Source of the DNA: Moritella sp.
Lineage (GTDB): Bacteria; Pseudomonadota; Gammaproteobacteria; Enterobacterales; Moritellaceae
Assembly: GCA_047628235.1 (NCBI GenBank)
Contig: JBLHPA010000002.1
Coordinates: 2,070 to 66,069 of the forward strand
Direction of reading: 5' to 3'
DNA: 64,000 nt
Part shown: positions 60,757 to 64,000 of the stretch, piece after piece
Layout of the letters: each line of letters begins with the position of its first letter
Numbering within the stretch: position 1 is the stretch's first letter
Notes under the pieces: generated by a model
The model's input: the letters and a program-made list of their open reading frames with translations, nothing else
Database searches by the model: none
Told to the model about the DNA's origin: nothing
Program-made: the position numbers and the translations under genes

Positions 60757-63651
60757 CTAAAATGCAGACTGCATTCTAAAGTACACTTGGCCTTTGCCAT
60801 TTTCGCTGTCGAGTCCCTTGGCATAACCCAGTGCAACAGGGAGTGTCATGTTATAGCCCAATTTGAGCTCTACCGCTAGCTGACCGCCGATACCAGTGAG
60901 CTGGTCAACGTCTTCACCGGCATTCCAGGCAGCACCCGAATCAACGAAGAGCGAACCCGAAATATCACCTAAACCGACCGGGAATAACGACCAGTTACGC
61001 TCGACACGTCCCAACCAGGTTCTCAGTTCTAACCGCTCGGTGGCATAGCGATGTCCACGCTGAACGGACTCGTCAAAACCTCTTAAGGCCTGAGTATCAC
61101 GACCAAACAAGACTGTTTCTTCTGTCGTGTCATGGCCACCCAATCTAAAGGCCTTCGCACCACTGTCGGCATAACCGCCCCCCAGTCTCGCAGTCAGCGT
61201 AGTACGACCAGGTAGATCTAAGGTACCTAACCATTGCGCCTGATAGAGCGCACCGCTGTAATCGGTATTTACCAGGTCATTAGTTTCAATCACCAGATCA
61301 ACATAATTGCCCCAGCCAGTACCGGGTACATTTAAATAGCCTTCCCGGTTATCAAACGTCAACGCCAAACCTGCCAGCGCTTCATCAGTTGCCTGATATT
61401 TACCTATATTGCTAAAGCTTGGCTGCGATACCAAACTTTCTTTATCCCATACTCCACCGGCATGTAATCGGAGGTCATCCTCCCAGGCCGTAAAGATATT
61501 ATTGCGCTGTACGGTCACGGTATCATTTCGGGTTATACGGTAGCCTTCCGTCTTATTGTCAGTCCCATTGCCAGCCTTATTTTCAGTAAATAGTTCGAAA
61601 CTATGATCGGCTTCTGCGCTGGCTAACCAGCGATTATCATATTGATAGTTGAGGTTATAATTTGCGACTGAATTTTTAAAATCCCAGTTGGCGGCAACCT
61701 GATAATTGTGCCGACCCAATGCATCAGAACCAGAAAAACTAATACCAGCTTGGGTGCTGACATCGTCAGCGGCAAAGAAGGGAAGCCAAGCGCGTGGCCG
61801 TAGAGTCGACCAAGGACTATATGTATCAGGCGCTGATTTGGTCACCTCTTCAGTCACTGCCGCAGGATAGTCGTAACGACCCTGATTGCTCTCGGTGGTA
61901 AAAAACGACAGTGCTTCTGGCTGAGCAATATAACGCAGGATGTAGCCATCTGTGCTATACGCCTGATAAACCAAACCCAAACCTGGCTGCCACTGTGGCA
62001 AGAAGGCACCGCCCACTTCACGAGTCCACTGAATCACGTCATTGGTCTCTGGTTCTAATACAAAAATATTATAAACACCGTCATAGTCGGCACTAAACGC
62101 GATCCGGCCATCCGGTAAAAATACTGGATTGTTTTCGACCGCTTTACTGTCGGTAAGCGGCTGCCATTGCATGTTTTTCACAGTGCTGAAATCAAGGTTC
62201 AATCGTTCCAGATTCCAGCCCTGTTGTGGACGTTTAACCGAGGCGACCAAATAATCGCCATCAGGCGACACATCGAATGCACCAAGCACTACATTTTCAG
62301 CGCCCTGCCAAACCATTGTCTGTGCTGTACCGATCTGTTCCGAACTGTTCTGCTGCAGATCAATTAGCCACAATTCACTCAGGCCATCGACTTTACGACT
62401 GGCAAGTAACTGCTTACCATTTGGCATCCAACGAACTTTACGAAAACGTTGTCTTTCGGTTAATCGCGTCCAGTCTCCCTGCTGATACAAAAACAGATCA
62501 TTCAATACGCGTCCATCGGCGTAACCCATTATGCGCGAAACAGCCAGACCCGCATCTGAGTGTTGATCAAGCGCAGTAACCCCTTTGGTATTAACAACGA
62601 ACTGCCAGTCAGCCTCGTTATCATCTGTCGTATTCAACACAGTCATAGCCGCTCTGTCTTCACTGTTGTTTCGGTTCACAACTAAACCTACAGCGCTGGG
62701 AGTTGTCACTTGCAGAGACAAATTCTTATCCAGATCGAGGCCAACTACGGATTGCTGTTTGAGCGTGGTGATGTCAGCGTCAAAACGTGCGGTTAAATAA
62801 GCTTGATAATCACGCCATAAAAGCAAAAAGTCTTTACCGAATGCTTTATTAGCCGAACTGTTTAGCAGAAAATAAGGCAATAATTTACGGCTATAATCCT
62901 GTAGAAATAGTTGTAACTGCTCTTCACCATAAGTATTAGCCAGATACTCGATAAAATACGAGCCATAAAGATACGGAGAACCTAGTGGCCATTCCCGAGA
63001 TGCAACTACAACCTGTTCCAGATCTTTCAGCTCGCCGCCGAACACTTGCATGCGCATTTGCATGTCATAGTTAGATCCCTGTAATCGGCCATAGCCCAAT
63101 GCTTTATTGGTTTCCAAATACACTGCCAGTCCTTCCACCAGCATAGAAGGTGTCAGAGCATGGGGGAACAGCAACATATTCCGGCCAAACACGTTACGCA
63201 ACGCGTTGACAGCGCCACCCGCCAGCTCCATATGCATAATGTGTGCATATTCGTGACGAATGAGCATATGCAACCATTCATCATCCGTTTCTAGGCTGTT
63301 CACATCTTCGGGTGGGCTCATGATCAATCGGATCTGAGCAAAGGGCTCTGGTGTTGCCCAGCCGTTGGAATAATCAAAGTCGTCAACCAGTACTATCTCG
63401 GTGCGTTCCTTTGGAGCAGCCTTAAAAAATGGTAATAACTCATTATGAACACGTTCGGCAATATCCAGTGCTTTTGCGGCATTTTGCTGATGGCCATCTA
63501 AAAAACTAATAGTAAAATGAGCTGATTGCTGGCTCATCCATATTTGGTCCTGCTGATCCCAGGCGACAGATTCCGCCATCACTGTTTGCGCTGACATGCT
63601 GAAGCCGGATAACGCCGCCGCCAGCATCCAAGAGAGTTTATTTCGTTTCAT
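60757..63651 (-). CDS. Outer-membrane protein: gluzincin-like peptidase + TolB/PD40-like propeller + Omp85-like barrel
   Basis: Signal peptide; HEYAH..EGLA; SPDG/LPDGRIAFS repeats; C-terminal LRGF, GSLFVDSG.AW and terminal Phe. Confidence 0.8.
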   Translation of the reverse strand: MKRNKLSWMLAAALSGFSMSAQTVMAESVAWDQQDQIWMSQQSAHFTISFLDGHQQNAAKALDIAERVHNELLPFFKAAPKERTEIVLVDDFDYSNGWATPEPFAQIRLIMSPPEDVNSLETDDEWLHMLIRHEYAHIMHMELAGGAVNALRNVFGRNMLLFPHALTPSMLVEGLAVYLETNKALGYGRLQGSNYDMQMRMQVFGGELKDLEQVVVASREWPLGSPYLYGSYFIEYLANTYGEEQLQLFLQDYSRKLLPYFLLNSSANKAFGKDFLLLWRDYQAYLTARFDADITTLKQQSVVGLDLDKNLSLQVTTPSAVGLVVNRNNSEDRAAMTVLNTTDDNEADWQFVVNTKGVTALDQHSDAGLAVSRIMGYADGRVLNDLFLYQQGDWTRLTERQRFRKVRWMPNGKQLLASRKVDGLSELWLIDLQQNSSEQIGTAQTMVWQGAENVVLGAFDVSPDGDYLVASVKRPQQGWNLERLNLDFSTVKNMQWQPLTDSKAVENNPVFLPDGRIAFSADYDGVYNIFVLEPETNDVIQWTREVGGAFLPQWQPGLGLVYQAYSTDGYILRYIAQPEALSFFTTESNQGRYDYPAAVTEEVTKSAPDTYSPWSTLRPRAWLPFFAADDVSTQAGISFSGSDALGRHNYQVAANWDFKNSVANYNLNYQYDNRWLASAEADHSFELFTENKAGNGTDNKTEGYRITRNDTVTVQRNNIFTAWEDDLRLHAGGVWDKESLVSQPSFSNIGKYQATDEALAGLALTFDNREGYLNVPGTGWGNYVDLVIETNDLVNTDYSGALYQAQWLGTLDLPGRTTLTARLGGGYADSGAKAFRLGGHDTTEETVLFGRDTQALRGFDESVQRGHRYATERLELRTWLGRVERNWSLFPVGLGDISGSLFVDSGAAWNAGEDVDQLTGIGGQLAVELKLGYNMTLPVALGYAKGLDSENGKGQVYFRMQSAF

Positions 63652-64000
63652 TTGAGTTATTGCCCTTAAGTTTTATTTTTACTTTTATTTTTATTTTTAC
63701 CTTTACTTTTATTAAAACTGCTACATCACTTCAGCCATACCAAATAAGTAGCCGCATTGTTCTTAGCACCACCATGAGGTAAGTTGAGAAACTTAGTTTA
63801 CGCCGATTGAAAATTTATTGTGTAATGCCTTGTATAGGTATGTATGCCACAGATTCATTTACACCCTCCCAATTGATGTCTAAATACTAGCCGCACTTAC
63901 TCACATTATAAGTTGACCTGAAAAGCCCTTATCACGATACGATATTGTAGCCACCTCAGTAACAATCTTTTACAAAATTAATGTATTATCATTACCTTAA

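Overview
AT-rich chromosomal window from a marine-type gammaproteobacterium (Moritella/Psychromonas/Vibrio/Shewanella-like gene order; the genus is inference). About 1-41.6 kb is core genome: purF-cvpA-dedD-folC-accD-truA-fimV-asd-pdxB-fabB/mnmC, hinT..nagZ, queD-like, btuCD, seqA-ybfF-ybfE-fldA-fur, glnS, rfaH, nadA, a Val-Lys-fMet-Lys-fMet-Lys tRNA array, tol-pal and ruvCAB with a LexA box. About 41.7-64 kb is a patchier accessory block. The best candidate for an under-described system is a 5-gene minus-strand cluster at 48354-53157: small membrane protein, lipoprotein with a basic disordered tail, tandem DUF350, membrane-fused aminopropyltransferase and a minimal pyruvoyl decarboxylase. It has an 8-bp VNTR built from a stop codon and a four-way-junction element in its spacers. 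The second candidate is a gluzincin/beta-propeller/Omp85-barrel fusion at 60757-63651. Also present are an ERIC-like TATACCC..GGGTATA MITE family (about 6 copies or remnants) and many short tandem repeats, often triplicated, in intergenic spacers. No CRISPR array, rRNA, prophage or transposase was seen. All calls come from reading the sequence; no database search was run.
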